Shown one piece after another: positions 54,035-62,956 of a stretch of DNA of 64,000 bases; within the stretch, counting starts at the first letter, position 1; each line of letters starts with the position of its first letter. The position numbers and the translations under genes were made by a program. This DNA comes from Methanocellales archaeon (lineage in GTDB: Archaea; Halobacteriota; UBA148; JAUWXC01). The notes under the pieces were generated by a model that was given only the letters and a program-made list of their open reading frames with translations, was not told the origin of the DNA and ran no database searches. Location: NCBI GenBank assembly GCA_030610945.1, contig JAUWQV010000001.1:124246-188245 (forward strand). The letters are read 5' to 3'.

Positions 54035-54289
54035 TTACTTCTCTCGTTCTTTGCCTGTTCTGTGCTCCCATTCATCCCTCATTTGCATCTGGTACTCCAG
54101 ACTCTTTCCAAATATACCCTTCCCCAGTCCAACAAGGTCTGCTATTGGATTCTTTGGAGCTTTCTTCAACACGATCTTCTCGTCTTCAATTTCGAATACC
54201 ACTTTTTCCCCTGTCTTGATATCCAGCAGTCTTCTCAGCCGTTGAGGGATGGTAACCTGTCCTTTTTTGGTGATTTTGCTACACTCCAT
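54035..54289 (-). CDS. vapB: AbrB/SpoVT-family antitoxin VapB
   Basis: ITKKGQVTIPQRLRRLLDIKTGEKVVFEIEDEKIVL. Confidence 0.75.
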   Translation of the reverse strand: MECSKITKKGQVTIPQRLRRLLDIKTGEKVVFEIEDEKIVLKKAPKNPIADLVGLGKGIFGKSLEYQMQMRDEWEHRTGKEREK

Positions 54290-54293
54290 GATA

Positions 54294-54313
54294 TGGTATT
54301 ACTATTTGGTAAT
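54294..54313. promoter_or_regulatory. Inverted repeat GTATTAC-TATTTG-GTAATAC upstream of vapB
   Basis: Begins 5 nt upstream of the antitoxin start (54289). Confidence 0.3.
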
Positions 54314-54384
54314 ACTTAAGAGTTTTGGCGTGTTATATGGTAGTGAACAAAACTCGTAAACACTCTTATCGAAAATACTTGCGT

Positions 54385-54560
54385 GTGCTGAGGTGACATC
54401 CTCCCATGATTGAAATCATGGGCATCGGTTCTTGATTTATGAAGGAACGACATTGGTGCTCCTCCATATCAACGGGCCTGCCACAGACCCAATACTCCTT
54501 GAGATGTTGTTCTCTCGGAGATACCTTTTCAGGATGTTCAACGCTCCGTTCACGTCTGCG
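54385..54560 (-). ncRNA. Candidate TnpB-associated omega/reRNA region (3' end of tnpB plus right-end hairpin)
   Basis: Inferred by analogy with characterised IS200/IS605 TnpB systems. Only the hairpin is directly seen; extent unverified. Confidence 0.25.
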
Positions 54561-55636
54561 TTCATCTCGTTACCGCATTTGCACCGATAAAGACCCCTGT
54601 GCTTCCTGTTTGATTTCCTGACCAAACCGCACACAGAACAGGTCTTGCTCGTATCTCGCTCGCTGACTTTAACGAATCGTATGCCAGATAGCTTGGCTTT
54701 GTACTCTATCTGGATCAGGAGCTTGGCAAATCCCCACGAATGTAGCTTCTGGTTACCTCTTTTTCCCCAATTTTTATCCTTTCGTATGTTCTTTATATCA
54801 CCCACGACTATCGTTCCTATCTTGTTTCTCTCTGCTTGTTCTATCACCTTTTTTGTGGCCGTATGGATTATTTGGCTGATTTGCGTCTTTTTCCTCCGAT
54901 GCATTCTGGTTACGCTCTTACATCCCTTTTTGTCATGCTGCTCCATCGTCTTGCTCTGGACTTTGGCCGTCTCTTTGTTGAAGTAATGCTGAACCGCCAG
55001 TGCTTGTCCGCCCGAGTAAATCTTTGATTGACCGTTTGTATCAACTGTTGCCATCAAATTGATTATTCCAACATCAACAGCCATTATGTCGGGATATTCT
55101 TTCAATCTCCTCTCTGGGATTTCGTAAACAATATGAGCCATCCACTTGCCGTTTTGATATAGCACATTGCACATCTTGGGCATGCCTTTGATGTCCCTCC
55201 ACATCTTGATTTCAAAGGTAAGCTTATCAATGCCATTCTCTTTTTTGAATTTCCTTGACATTGAGAGGGCGATTTCACCATCAGATATTGAGAACTGCTG
55301 ATAAAACGTCAGCGGGCTTAACCTATCCTTCTTGCGAAACATCGGAGGTCTCGCATCCTCGTCGGCCTTTCGCAATTTGAACCACGAAACGTAGTTATCC
55401 TGTAGGTTTTTTACGACCGCTTGTGCTGTCTGGGATGGCAATAACTTGTACCAGTGATTGTCTTTCAAGGTCTTCTTTTGGTCGTACCAGCTCGGTATCT
55501 TGCCCGTTTTATCCCACTGCTCCCTTCTCATCCAGTTGTCAGTATTGTAGAGCTTGGTCGCATAGAAGGCAAGCTTCTTGAGACACTCTTCCTGCTCTAG
55601 CGTTGAATTCAGTCGGTATTTTACACATAGCTTCAT
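54437..55636 (-). CDS. tnpB: TnpB (OrfB) RNA-guided endonuclease-type transposase accessory protein
   Basis: 400 aa from MKLCVKYRLN. RuvC-like motifs (AVDVGI..., the E and D regions) and the zinc finger CSVCG...CKCG. Confidence 0.85.
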   Translation of the reverse strand: MKLCVKYRLNSTLEQEECLKKLAFYATKLYNTDNWMRREQWDKTGKIPSWYDQKKTLKDNHWYKLLPSQTAQAVVKNLQDNYVSWFKLRKADEDARPPMFRKKDRLSPLTFYQQFSISDGEIALSMSRKFKKENGIDKLTFEIKMWRDIKGMPKMCNVLYQNGKWMAHIVYEIPERRLKEYPDIMAVDVGIINLMATVDTNGQSKIYSGGQALAVQHYFNKETAKVQSKTMEQHDKKGCKSVTRMHRRKKTQISQIIHTATKKVIEQAERNKIGTIVVGDIKNIRKDKNWGKRGNQKLHSWGFAKLLIQIEYKAKLSGIRFVKVSERDTSKTCSVCGLVRKSNRKHRGLYRCKCGNEMNADVNGALNILKRYLRENNISRSIGSVAGPLIWRSTNVVPS

Positions 55637-56046
55637 GTTCGTACCTTTTGAGATTCGATATATCTCTGAATCACGTCTTTTGTCACGTCGCCCATCGTCC
55701 CGCAGTAGTAGCTCGGATTCCAGAGATGCCCTCTCCACATTTGGTTTTTCACAACAGGAAATCTCTCAAACGTGAACTTCGCAGTAATGCCTTTAAATAT
55801 CTTCACTATTTGAGATGGTGAAAACTTTGGATGTGCTGTTATGAACAAGTGGACATGGTCTGGCATTACCTCTTGCTCCCTCAGTAAGATGCCTTTATCC
55901 TCGGCGATTTGTTCGTGTAATTGCATCAAATACTCCTTCACCTCTCCCGTCAATACCTTCCTTCGGTACTTTGTCGACCACACCATATGATAGTTGATAT
56001 TATACACACAACCCCTTGCACTTACCCAGTGTTCTTGTTTTGCCAT
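55633..56046 (-). CDS. tnpA: IS200/IS605 TnpA (Y1 HUH transposase)
   Basis: HUH motif (DHVHLFI), YHMVWSTKYRRKVL, and a C-terminal catalytic Tyr region (YIESQ). Confidence 0.85.
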   Translation of the reverse strand: MAKQEHWVSARGCVYNINYHMVWSTKYRRKVLTGEVKEYLMQLHEQIAEDKGILLREQEVMPDHVHLFITAHPKFSPSQIVKIFKGITAKFTFERFPVVKNQMWRGHLWNPSYYCGTMGDVTKDVIQRYIESQKVRT

Positions 56047-56195
56047 CAAGACACATATGGTTACCATATGCCATATACTTTACGGGCTGTATCCCACGAC
56101 TGAAGTCGTAGGGATTAGCCCTGATTTTTTCCTAACTGAAAGTGCGTTAATAACCAATGACTTAAGATTGCATGAGATTGTAAAAGACAGTCGAC

Positions 56196-57014
56196 CTACA
56201 GCCTTTCCCATCGTCTCTTCTGATACACCACGACTGCTATGATGAGGATTGCAATTATAATCCCTGCATAAATCAGGCGGCTTGTCAAGACCTGGTGCCC
56301 GGAGGCACCTCTTGCGCTATCATACGCCCTCACCGCATTATCGTAGGCGTTATTAGCGGCTGCAATCGACTCGTTCATCTGTCCTAGGGCATAAAAGCTC
56401 TCGCTCGTGTTGTAGTCAGTTTTTGCCCTTTGAAGATGTTCTTCCGCTTCAGCAACGTCTGCTCCCGCATCTTTAGCATCTACAATAACACCCTCGACCT
56501 CTACAATCTTGCTCCATGCCCTATCTTTTGCACTCCGCGCCTCGTCAATGAGCCCGCTCGTCACATATCTCGTAATCGTATGTATGGTGGCTTTAGGAGG
56601 AGGATCTGTCTGCGTTGCCTCTATCAAAACGATTGCCACCTTAACACCAACCGAGGGAGCGTTGCCGCTTAACTTGATCGTTACGGTATTGTAGTCATGA
56701 TGGTCGAACACGAAACTAAATTTGCTCCCGGTATACGTCTCGGGCGCCTCATCATCCATGATGATGTTCCAGACGGGGTTTACCAACTCCGTTCGCAGCT
56801 CAAGCCTCGTTGCCCCTTCTAGACTCGGGGTCGTTTCCTTCAGAACGAGTTGTGTGAACACATCTCCGTCGACAATCAAATCACCGCTCGGCGTGACAGT
56901 CTCGGACTTAAACTCGAAATTGGTCTCCGCGAGAACGGGTGTCGCGAGGGAGAGTAAAATCAGGACCGCTAATGCGAATGCACCCAATCTAGCGCCTCTC
57001 ATCATATACCTCAC
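56196..57014 (-). CDS. Signal-peptide protein with extracytoplasmic domain, helical segment and C-terminal TM anchor
   Basis: N-terminal LGAFALAVLILLSLATPVLA and C-terminal IYAGIIIAILIIAVVVYQKRRWERL. The start lies 3 nt after the cetZ stop. Confidence 0.5.
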   Translation of the reverse strand: MRYMMRGARLGAFALAVLILLSLATPVLAETNFEFKSETVTPSGDLIVDGDVFTQLVLKETTPSLEGATRLELRTELVNPVWNIIMDDEAPETYTGSKFSFVFDHHDYNTVTIKLSGNAPSVGVKVAIVLIEATQTDPPPKATIHTITRYVTSGLIDEARSAKDRAWSKIVEVEGVIVDAKDAGADVAEAEEHLQRAKTDYNTSESFYALGQMNESIAAANNAYDNAVRAYDSARGASGHQVLTSRLIYAGIIIAILIIAVVVYQKRRWERL

Positions 57015-57017
57015 CAG

Positions 57018-58196
57018 TTAGAACAACGGCCTAAGCGATTCGTCCGTATCCATCAATTTATCGTACTTCTTGCCACTCTTGCTGGCAACCTCTTTAATGC
57101 TATCCTGCGCATCAACCGCAAGTTTCTGCAATTCCTTAACCCTTGGAATCTCAGACACGCCAGACAAAAGGACCACGGCAGCCACGTACCTGCTGTTAGG
57201 AATGGGATAATCGCCGCCCCTGACCTCTGTGCCGTCTATCATATCCTCGATCCACACCTTTGCCCGGTCTATCCCCTTCCTGTTCAACTCGCCTGGAGGG
57301 CCTGCCAGTAACACCAGGGCCCTTTCAGCAGACCCGACGTCGCACTGCAGCGTTAATCGACCCATAACCGCTCTTCGCACCAAGGATGTTATTCGTGTGG
57401 TAGCGTCAAGCGTCTCTATAGATACCTTTTTCCGTTTGAATAAACTAGAGATTATATTAGAGAAGGTACCGCTTTTGAGGGGCAACTCCTCCCTTGCATA
57501 ACCAATCACCGAGATGCCTCCGCCTTTTAATGTGTTGATTATTTCGGAGGTGTCAACAACCAACTGGCCCACGCCGCTTCTCTCAAGCCTTTCGCCCGCA
57601 CCAATGAGGATACCGAATCGCCTCACGACCTCGTCATTCATAGATGCATAAGCGTCCTCAAGCGTCTCGCCTCCCTTCTTCCACAACTCATTATCGAACA
57701 AGAAGAGATTGTCGACTTCTTTCGCCAGTGTCATGAAACTCCTGGCTGCGTTCAGGGTGTAGAGCCCACCCTCCTCCTTTGCCGGTAAAAGCCCAAGGGC
57801 ATAGACGGGTTCGCTATACAGTGTTTTTAATCTGCGCGCCAGGACGGGTGCGCCACCAGAGCCGGTACCGCCACCCAGCCCGGCAACAATTAGAAATGCA
57901 TCAATTTTATGTGTTCCCCTCTTATCAATGGCACTCTGCATAGTATAGATTTCATCAGTGGCTATTTTTGCACCAAGTTCGTTGTCTGCCCCTACGCCAT
58001 GGCCTTTCACAATAGATTGTCCTATTAATACCCTATCTTCCATAGGTATATTCTTTAAACCCATGAGGTCTGCCTTAGCCGTGTTGATACACATCGCCCT
58101 TTCAATGCTATGCTGACCCGTTCGCTTATCATACTCCACAAAAAGGTCTGCTATCCTTCCGCCTGCTTGTCCATAACCGATTACGAACAGTTTCAT
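57018..58196 (-). CDS. cetZ: Tubulin/FtsZ-superfamily GTPase, CetZ-like
   Basis: N-terminal IGYGQAGGRIAD, the tubulin-type signature GGGTGSG (AGLGGGTGSGGAP), GVGADNELG and NAARSF. The 392-aa length and motif order fit CetZ rather than FtsZ. Confidence 0.8.
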   Translation of the reverse strand: MKLFVIGYGQAGGRIADLFVEYDKRTGQHSIERAMCINTAKADLMGLKNIPMEDRVLIGQSIVKGHGVGADNELGAKIATDEIYTMQSAIDKRGTHKIDAFLIVAGLGGGTGSGGAPVLARRLKTLYSEPVYALGLLPAKEEGGLYTLNAARSFMTLAKEVDNLFLFDNELWKKGGETLEDAYASMNDEVVRRFGILIGAGERLERSGVGQLVVDTSEIINTLKGGGISVIGYAREELPLKSGTFSNIISSLFKRKKVSIETLDATTRITSLVRRAVMGRLTLQCDVGSAERALVLLAGPPGELNRKGIDRAKVWIEDMIDGTEVRGGDYPIPNSRYVAAVVLLSGVSEIPRVKELQKLAVDAQDSIKEVASKSGKKYDKLMDTDESLRPLF

Positions 58197-58288
58197 TTAT
58201 ATCCTCTCACTAATTGTAAGTCTACCATCTCTTTTTAACTGCTAATTATGGATATAGATAGGATATACCACCCTATATAAATGTATTT

Positions 58289-58996
58289 TTAATTAGACTT
58301 GCCATGGCGAAGGATAAGATACTCATTGTAAGCGTTCGTTAGCCTAACAGCATCAACCGGCATCAACGCATGCTTGTCATCAATCATGGGCAACTTGGAT
58401 GCGTCAACGCCTTTTTCCAGTTTTACGATTATGCCCAATAAGCTCAAAGTTGTATTATCAAAAATGATGTCGCGTACTGTTCCCACAAGAGTGCCGTCGT
58501 TGTATATGACGCTCTGCCCTAACAAAGTCTTCGCAGATGTCCCGGGTGGTGCATCTTTATATTGATGCAGCAGGGATTCAACCAACCGGTCCCTTTTATC
58601 AAGCAGGTCTATGTTTATCCCCAGGAGTTTTGCGGGCCCCCCAAGGTCCACGACGTCGCCGAGGCGGGTAAATTCCTCTTTAAAGCTGTACAGCATTGCA
58701 TACGCCAGGCACTGTGCATATGCAAACGGATAGTCCTTTGCAAATTTGCCATGAATTTTTCTGGCCCTTTTATCCTCGGGATTGCGGAGAAAGTCGTCTG
58801 CTATCTCCTTGACCTTGGACGCAAAGACGACCTCCACGTCTGACTCCTTCTTTAACGCACCAACAGCTCTCGGGATTGCAAATTTGATGTAATGTTCTAG
58901 GGGCCTCTCGTCCACTGGCTCGAGTAGAAAATTCCAGGGAAACAGTCGCGATTGCAGATAGTTAAAGGCCTTATCTGCGCTTAGTTTTATCGACAT
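58289..58996 (-). CDS. Hypothetical protein with probable C-terminal PRC-barrel domain
   Basis: The C-terminal LLGQSVIYNDGTLVGTVRDIIFDNTTLSLLGIIV...MPVDAV is a PRC-barrel-like pattern. The N-terminal ~150 aa are unrecognised. Confidence 0.45.
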   Translation of the reverse strand: MSIKLSADKAFNYLQSRLFPWNFLLEPVDERPLEHYIKFAIPRAVGALKKESDVEVVFASKVKEIADDFLRNPEDKRARKIHGKFAKDYPFAYAQCLAYAMLYSFKEEFTRLGDVVDLGGPAKLLGINIDLLDKRDRLVESLLHQYKDAPPGTSAKTLLGQSVIYNDGTLVGTVRDIIFDNTTLSLLGIIVKLEKGVDASKLPMIDDKHALMPVDAVRLTNAYNEYLILRHGKSN

Positions 58997-59888
58997 GGTA
59001 TTTCCTTATGAACTTGATAATCTGCTGTATTTTTGGTTTATCTTCTTCAACTGGAGCGGGAGCCTCCATACTGCAGAGCTTCCATGCCCACCTTCCAAAA
59101 TCCGTTACTTCGTACTTATCGCCATGCTTCTCGACCAGGGGACATTCCCATTCATCCTGCACCAGGTACTCTAGCCCCTCTTCAAGCCTCTTATTATACA
59201 TATCGGTTACGAGATCCTTGTATTCCTCATCCTCAATGTCACAGATTTCCTGAAGTTTCTTTAAAGTCAGTGCAGATTTTGAGTCGACTAAGATACTAAA
59301 AGCGATAAAAGCGTAGTCCTTTTCCTTAAGGCGCTGCCAGTTTATATCCACCTGATTTGGGACGCCCAGCACCTTTTTCGCTGATTCCTGGAGGATTGTA
59401 GTCACATAATTGAGAGAGCTGAGTGCTGCAAGGTCACTGACCTCCTGGGCTTTGAGGTGTATGCCCTTGGCAGATATGTCCGCATTTTTAAACCCGAGCT
59501 TGGATTGGGGTTTGTCAAAGAATATGTCCGTTATTGCCATGAAATAGTCCTTGGAAATCGGTTCATGCTCACTATCATAGGGGAATGTATCGCCCCTTCT
59601 TTGGTCCAGACTGGGAGCAAAATCGGATGTCAACTCGAGGAGTTCAGATATGACTTCAGAGATGTTCGCATAAGCACCCTCTGTTTCGCTCGTAATCACT
59701 TTCAGTTCACGTGCCTTCTTCTCCAAGTCCAACCTTAATTTGCCGGTGATGCCTTTTTCGAGTAACTTTTCAATCTCTGCTAACTCCTTCTTCTTGTTAT
59801 CCATTTCTTCGGCATCGATGTCCTTCTTAAGAGACCGGTATTTTTCGGCCAGGGTGTTTATCCGTTCGTTAAAGGCAACCTTACTCAT
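58971..59888 (-). CDS. Hypothetical protein with N-terminal coiled-coil
   Basis: 305 aa. Charged heptad-like N-terminus (KKDIDAEEMDNKKKELAEIEKLLEK). 26-nt overlap with the next gene. Confidence 0.4.
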   Translation of the reverse strand: MSKVAFNERINTLAEKYRSLKKDIDAEEMDNKKKELAEIEKLLEKGITGKLRLDLEKKARELKVITSETEGAYANISEVISELLELTSDFAPSLDQRRGDTFPYDSEHEPISKDYFMAITDIFFDKPQSKLGFKNADISAKGIHLKAQEVSDLAALSSLNYVTTILQESAKKVLGVPNQVDINWQRLKEKDYAFIAFSILVDSKSALTLKKLQEICDIEDEEYKDLVTDMYNKRLEEGLEYLVQDEWECPLVEKHGDKYEVTDFGRWAWKLCSMEAPAPVEEDKPKIQQIIKFIRKYHVDKTKRR

Positions 59889-59945
59889 AGCACATTCTCC
59901 ATCGGTAACATAAATTACTAGGTGATGTATATAATAGTTGTTAGT

Positions 59946-61124
59946 ATGAAATACATGGCACTCGTCGGAGATGGAATGGCCGATTACCCCTTAGAGGAGT
60001 TAAACGGCAAGACGCCCCTGCAGGCTGCCTATACGCCAAACATGGATTTCATCGCAGGCAATGGAAGGAATGGTGTCGTAAGGACCGTGCCAGAGGGCAT
60101 GGTGCCCGGTAGTGACATCGCGAATTTATCCATCATGGGCTATGACCCAAGGAAATATTATCCGGGCAGGGGACCTCTCGAGGCTGCAAGTATGGGCATT
60201 TCTCTTGACAGGGATGAAGTGGCATTCAGGTGCAATCTCGTAACCGTGAAAAATGGCGTGCTCATCGATTACAGCGCGGGACATATTTCAAGCGAAGAGG
60301 CGCGAACCTTAATCGAATACCTCGATGAAAAATTGGATGGCAATGCCCGTTTTTATCCAGGGATTAGTTACAGGCACATATTGGTGCTCAAAGGGGGTGA
60401 GGATGCAGCATGTACGCCTCCGCATGACATCGTTGGACGCTCCATCGAAGAATATTCGCCCATGGGCAGGGATGCGGAAATTTTGAGGAAACTGATGCAT
60501 AACTCCGTCCATCTTTTAGAAGACCACGAGGTCAACGTGAAACGAGGAAGAGAGGGCAAAAATCCTGCCAACATGATATGGCCCTGGGGTCCTGGAAAAT
60601 CACCAAACATGCCATCCTTTGAGGAAAAATTTGGCGTCGGGGGCTCTGTAATTGCGGCGGTTGACCTGATAAAGGGCATCGGTAAATGCATTGGGCTTAA
60701 AGTCATCGACGTGCCAGGCGCCACCGGATATTTGGACACTAATTATAAGGGAAAGGCAGATTATGCGCTCAGGTCTCTTGTTGATGAGGACTTTTGCTTC
60801 GTGCACGTGGAGGCCCCGGATGAGGCTGGACACAGCGGAGACATGGAAGCAAAGATAAAAGCCATAGAGAACTTTGATGAAAAGGTTGTTGGGAGAGTGC
60901 TAAGGGGGCTGAAGAGATACGATAAATACAAGGTTATGGTATTGCCAGACCACCCAACGCCGATTTCAATTAGAACGCATACCTGCGACGAAGTCCCATT
61001 CGCCATCTTCTCGCCAAGTGATGCTGCAGATGATGTAAAAGCATTTGATGAGCGTTCTGCCAGAAGGGGCTCTTTGGGAGCGATCGAAGGGGGAGAGCTG
61101 ATGGAACTTTTCATTAAAGGGTGA
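59946..61124 (+). CDS. apgM: Cofactor-independent phosphoglycerate mutase, archaeal type
   Basis: LVGDGMADYP, HVEAPDEAGH and LPDHPTP motifs. Confidence 0.85.
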   Translation: MKYMALVGDGMADYPLEELNGKTPLQAAYTPNMDFIAGNGRNGVVRTVPEGMVPGSDIANLSIMGYDPRKYYPGRGPLEAASMGISLDRDEVAFRCNLVTVKNGVLIDYSAGHISSEEARTLIEYLDEKLDGNARFYPGISYRHILVLKGGEDAACTPPHDIVGRSIEEYSPMGRDAEILRKLMHNSVHLLEDHEVNVKRGREGKNPANMIWPWGPGKSPNMPSFEEKFGVGGSVIAAVDLIKGIGKCIGLKVIDVPGATGYLDTNYKGKADYALRSLVDEDFCFVHVEAPDEAGHSGDMEAKIKAIENFDEKVVGRVLRGLKRYDKYKVMVLPDHPTPISIRTHTCDEVPFAIFSPSDAADDVKAFDERSARRGSLGAIEGGELMELFIKG

Positions 61125-61130
61125 GGTTGT

Positions 61131-61676
61131 ATGAAAAAAGCATCTAAAATCGCACTTATCTTATTTATAGCAGCAATAGTAGTGGCATCTGCACTCTTAT
61201 ATGCTGGGCATGACGCGAGCGGTCCTGCGCCGACACCGACTCCTACGCCAACCCTGCCAGAGGGGCATCCGTCAATACCAAACGCGAGAATAAAAACGAT
61301 ATCATTCGACAAAGATACGTATTATGCTGGTGATACGGTGGTCGCAATGCTGGAAGTGGAGAATACAGGAGATGCGAGCATCACCTCTGAAAGAGTCGAT
61401 ATCAGGGCTACATGCACGAGATTAGATGACCCCATTGCAAACTTTGCCCTCAATTTCAAAAGCGAGGAAGAGAGGACAGAAACCTACCCCATGGAATTTT
61501 CAGAACTGATAGAGCCGGGACAAACAGGAACGTTAGCGGCTGCTTTTAACACGCCAGCAGAGGTAGAGGTGAGCGGGACAAAAGTAAGTCTGGCAGGTGA
61601 TTACAACATAATGGCAACACTGAGCGTGGACGGCGTAACCGTAGACGCAAAGGAGTTGACGTTAACTCTTCATTGA
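61131..61676 (+). CDS. N-terminally anchored extracytoplasmic protein with PT linker and Ig-like domain
   Basis: TM helix IALILFIAAIVVASALLY, a PAPTPTPTPTLP linker, then a beta-rich ~130-aa domain. Confidence 0.45.
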   Translation: MKKASKIALILFIAAIVVASALLYAGHDASGPAPTPTPTPTLPEGHPSIPNARIKTISFDKDTYYAGDTVVAMLEVENTGDASITSERVDIRATCTRLDDPIANFALNFKSEEERTETYPMEFSELIEPGQTGTLAAAFNTPAEVEVSGTKVSLAGDYNIMATLSVDGVTVDAKELTLTLH

Positions 61677-61679
61677 GGT

Positions 61680-62447
61680 GTGGTTTTGCATATAGAGGCA
61701 TTTACCATCCAGAGAATTCCCTTGATTAGGGAGGGGGATGATGTTGGCACGATTATATCCAACTCCGCGCAATTAAAAGATAGAGATATAATCGTCATTG
61801 CATCCTCGATTGTCGCAAAGTCAGAAGGGGGGGTGCTTCGGCTAGAGGATGTTACGCCGGGCGCTGAAGCCAAGCGAATTGCACATGCGAATGATGAAGA
61901 TGTGAGATTTGTCCAGGTGGTCTTGAATGAGAGCGAAGAGGTACTAATCGAGAGCCCGTTCATGTTGACTCAGACTCATACAGGGCATATCTGCGCGAAT
62001 GCTGGCGTGGATAGGTCCAATGTAGAGGGTGGATTTGTTTTATTATTACCAAAAGACCCTGATGGAAGCGCGAAGAGGATTAGGGATGCGATTGAGAGGG
62101 AGACTAACAAGCATGTCTGCGTGATTATCGCCGATACCTGTGGCAGGCCATTCAGGATAGGGCAGACCGGCATCGCAATCGGATGCGCTGGCATTTCACC
62201 AACAAAGGACTGGAGAGGAGAAAAAGATCTGTTCGGTAGGACGTTAGAGGCAACTAATGAGGCGGTCATCGACGAACTGGCGGGCTTTGCAAACCTGATG
62301 ATGGGGGAAGGAAAAGATGCAACTCCGGTAGTGATAATTAGGGGAGTTGAGTGGCAGGAGAGCGAGGAGGGGGTTCGCAAAATTCACAGGCCGGATGCCG
62401 AGGATTTGATTAAGAGGGCTCTCAGGGCGGGTAAAGATAGGCAATAA
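61680..62447 (+). CDS. cofE: Coenzyme F420-0:L-glutamate ligase
   Basis: PLIREGDD, ANAGVDRSN, the ADTCGRPFRIGQTGIAIG motif and MGEGKDATPVVIIRG. GTG start. Confidence 0.85.
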   Translation: MVLHIEAFTIQRIPLIREGDDVGTIISNSAQLKDRDIIVIASSIVAKSEGGVLRLEDVTPGAEAKRIAHANDEDVRFVQVVLNESEEVLIESPFMLTQTHTGHICANAGVDRSNVEGGFVLLLPKDPDGSAKRIRDAIERETNKHVCVIIADTCGRPFRIGQTGIAIGCAGISPTKDWRGEKDLFGRTLEATNEAVIDELAGFANLMMGEGKDATPVVIIRGVEWQESEEGVRKIHRPDAEDLIKRALRAGKDRQ

Positions 62448-62490
62448 GGGGTTTGTTTTAAAGCATATTTTATAATCGTAATGCTAAACC

Positions 62491-62889
62491 CTAAACGTCT
62501 TCCTGCCTCTTGTTCACCCAGTACCAGATTGTCTGCGCAGAAATATTTCTCTTAACCTTATCCGAGATGTGTTTGGCTATTTTTTCGTATCCCCATCTCT
62601 TTTGTTCCCTTAACTTCCTCGCATCCTTAACAAGGTTCCAGTCATAACGGTCTGCATATCCCACCAGTCTTTTAATACCGTGCATACCCAGCATGGTGTG
62701 CACGAATGGGTGTAGACTGTCAACGATACTGGGCGGGAACTGTATCGCCTTCACGTTTTTCCTCGTTCGTATTATCTCGCCGATATCCTGCAAACTCATC
62801 TTGTAGCCGATGTGGACTGCAGTGGCATCCTTAGGAATCTTCTTGATATCCTCTTTCCGATAAACGACAAAATTCACTTCTTTTATCAT
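62491..62889 (-). CDS. Hypothetical protein with C-terminal HTH-like segment
   Basis: 132 aa. YEKIAKHISDKVKRNISAQTIWYWV resembles a resolvase/Hin-type HTH. Family not recognised. Confidence 0.35.
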   Translation of the reverse strand: MIKEVNFVVYRKEDIKKIPKDATAVHIGYKMSLQDIGEIIRTRKNVKAIQFPPSIVDSLHPFVHTMLGMHGIKRLVGYADRYDWNLVKDARKLREQKRWGYEKIAKHISDKVKRNISAQTIWYWVNKRQEDV

Positions 62890-62956
62890 GTCATCTCCTG
62901 ATATATCTCATATTATTTATATTTAATAAATGTTGGCAAACTTTTAGAACCAGAAA

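Larger units (their letters stand above)
54385..56135 (-). mobile_element. IS200/IS605-family insertion sequence (tnpA + tnpB); boundaries approximate
   Basis: Y1 transposase and TnpB genes with an ATGA overlap. Subterminal hairpins at both ends share a TGAA loop: CCCATGAT-TGAA-ATCATGGG (54403-54422) and CCCACGAC-TGAA-GTCGTAGGG (56103-56123). Confidence 0.7.

Noticed and set aside
60761-61312. 183-aa minus-strand ORF containing GVGVGVG
   Set aside because: It is antisense to the apgM 3' end and to the PTPTPT linker of the 61131-61676 gene. It is a shadow ORF.
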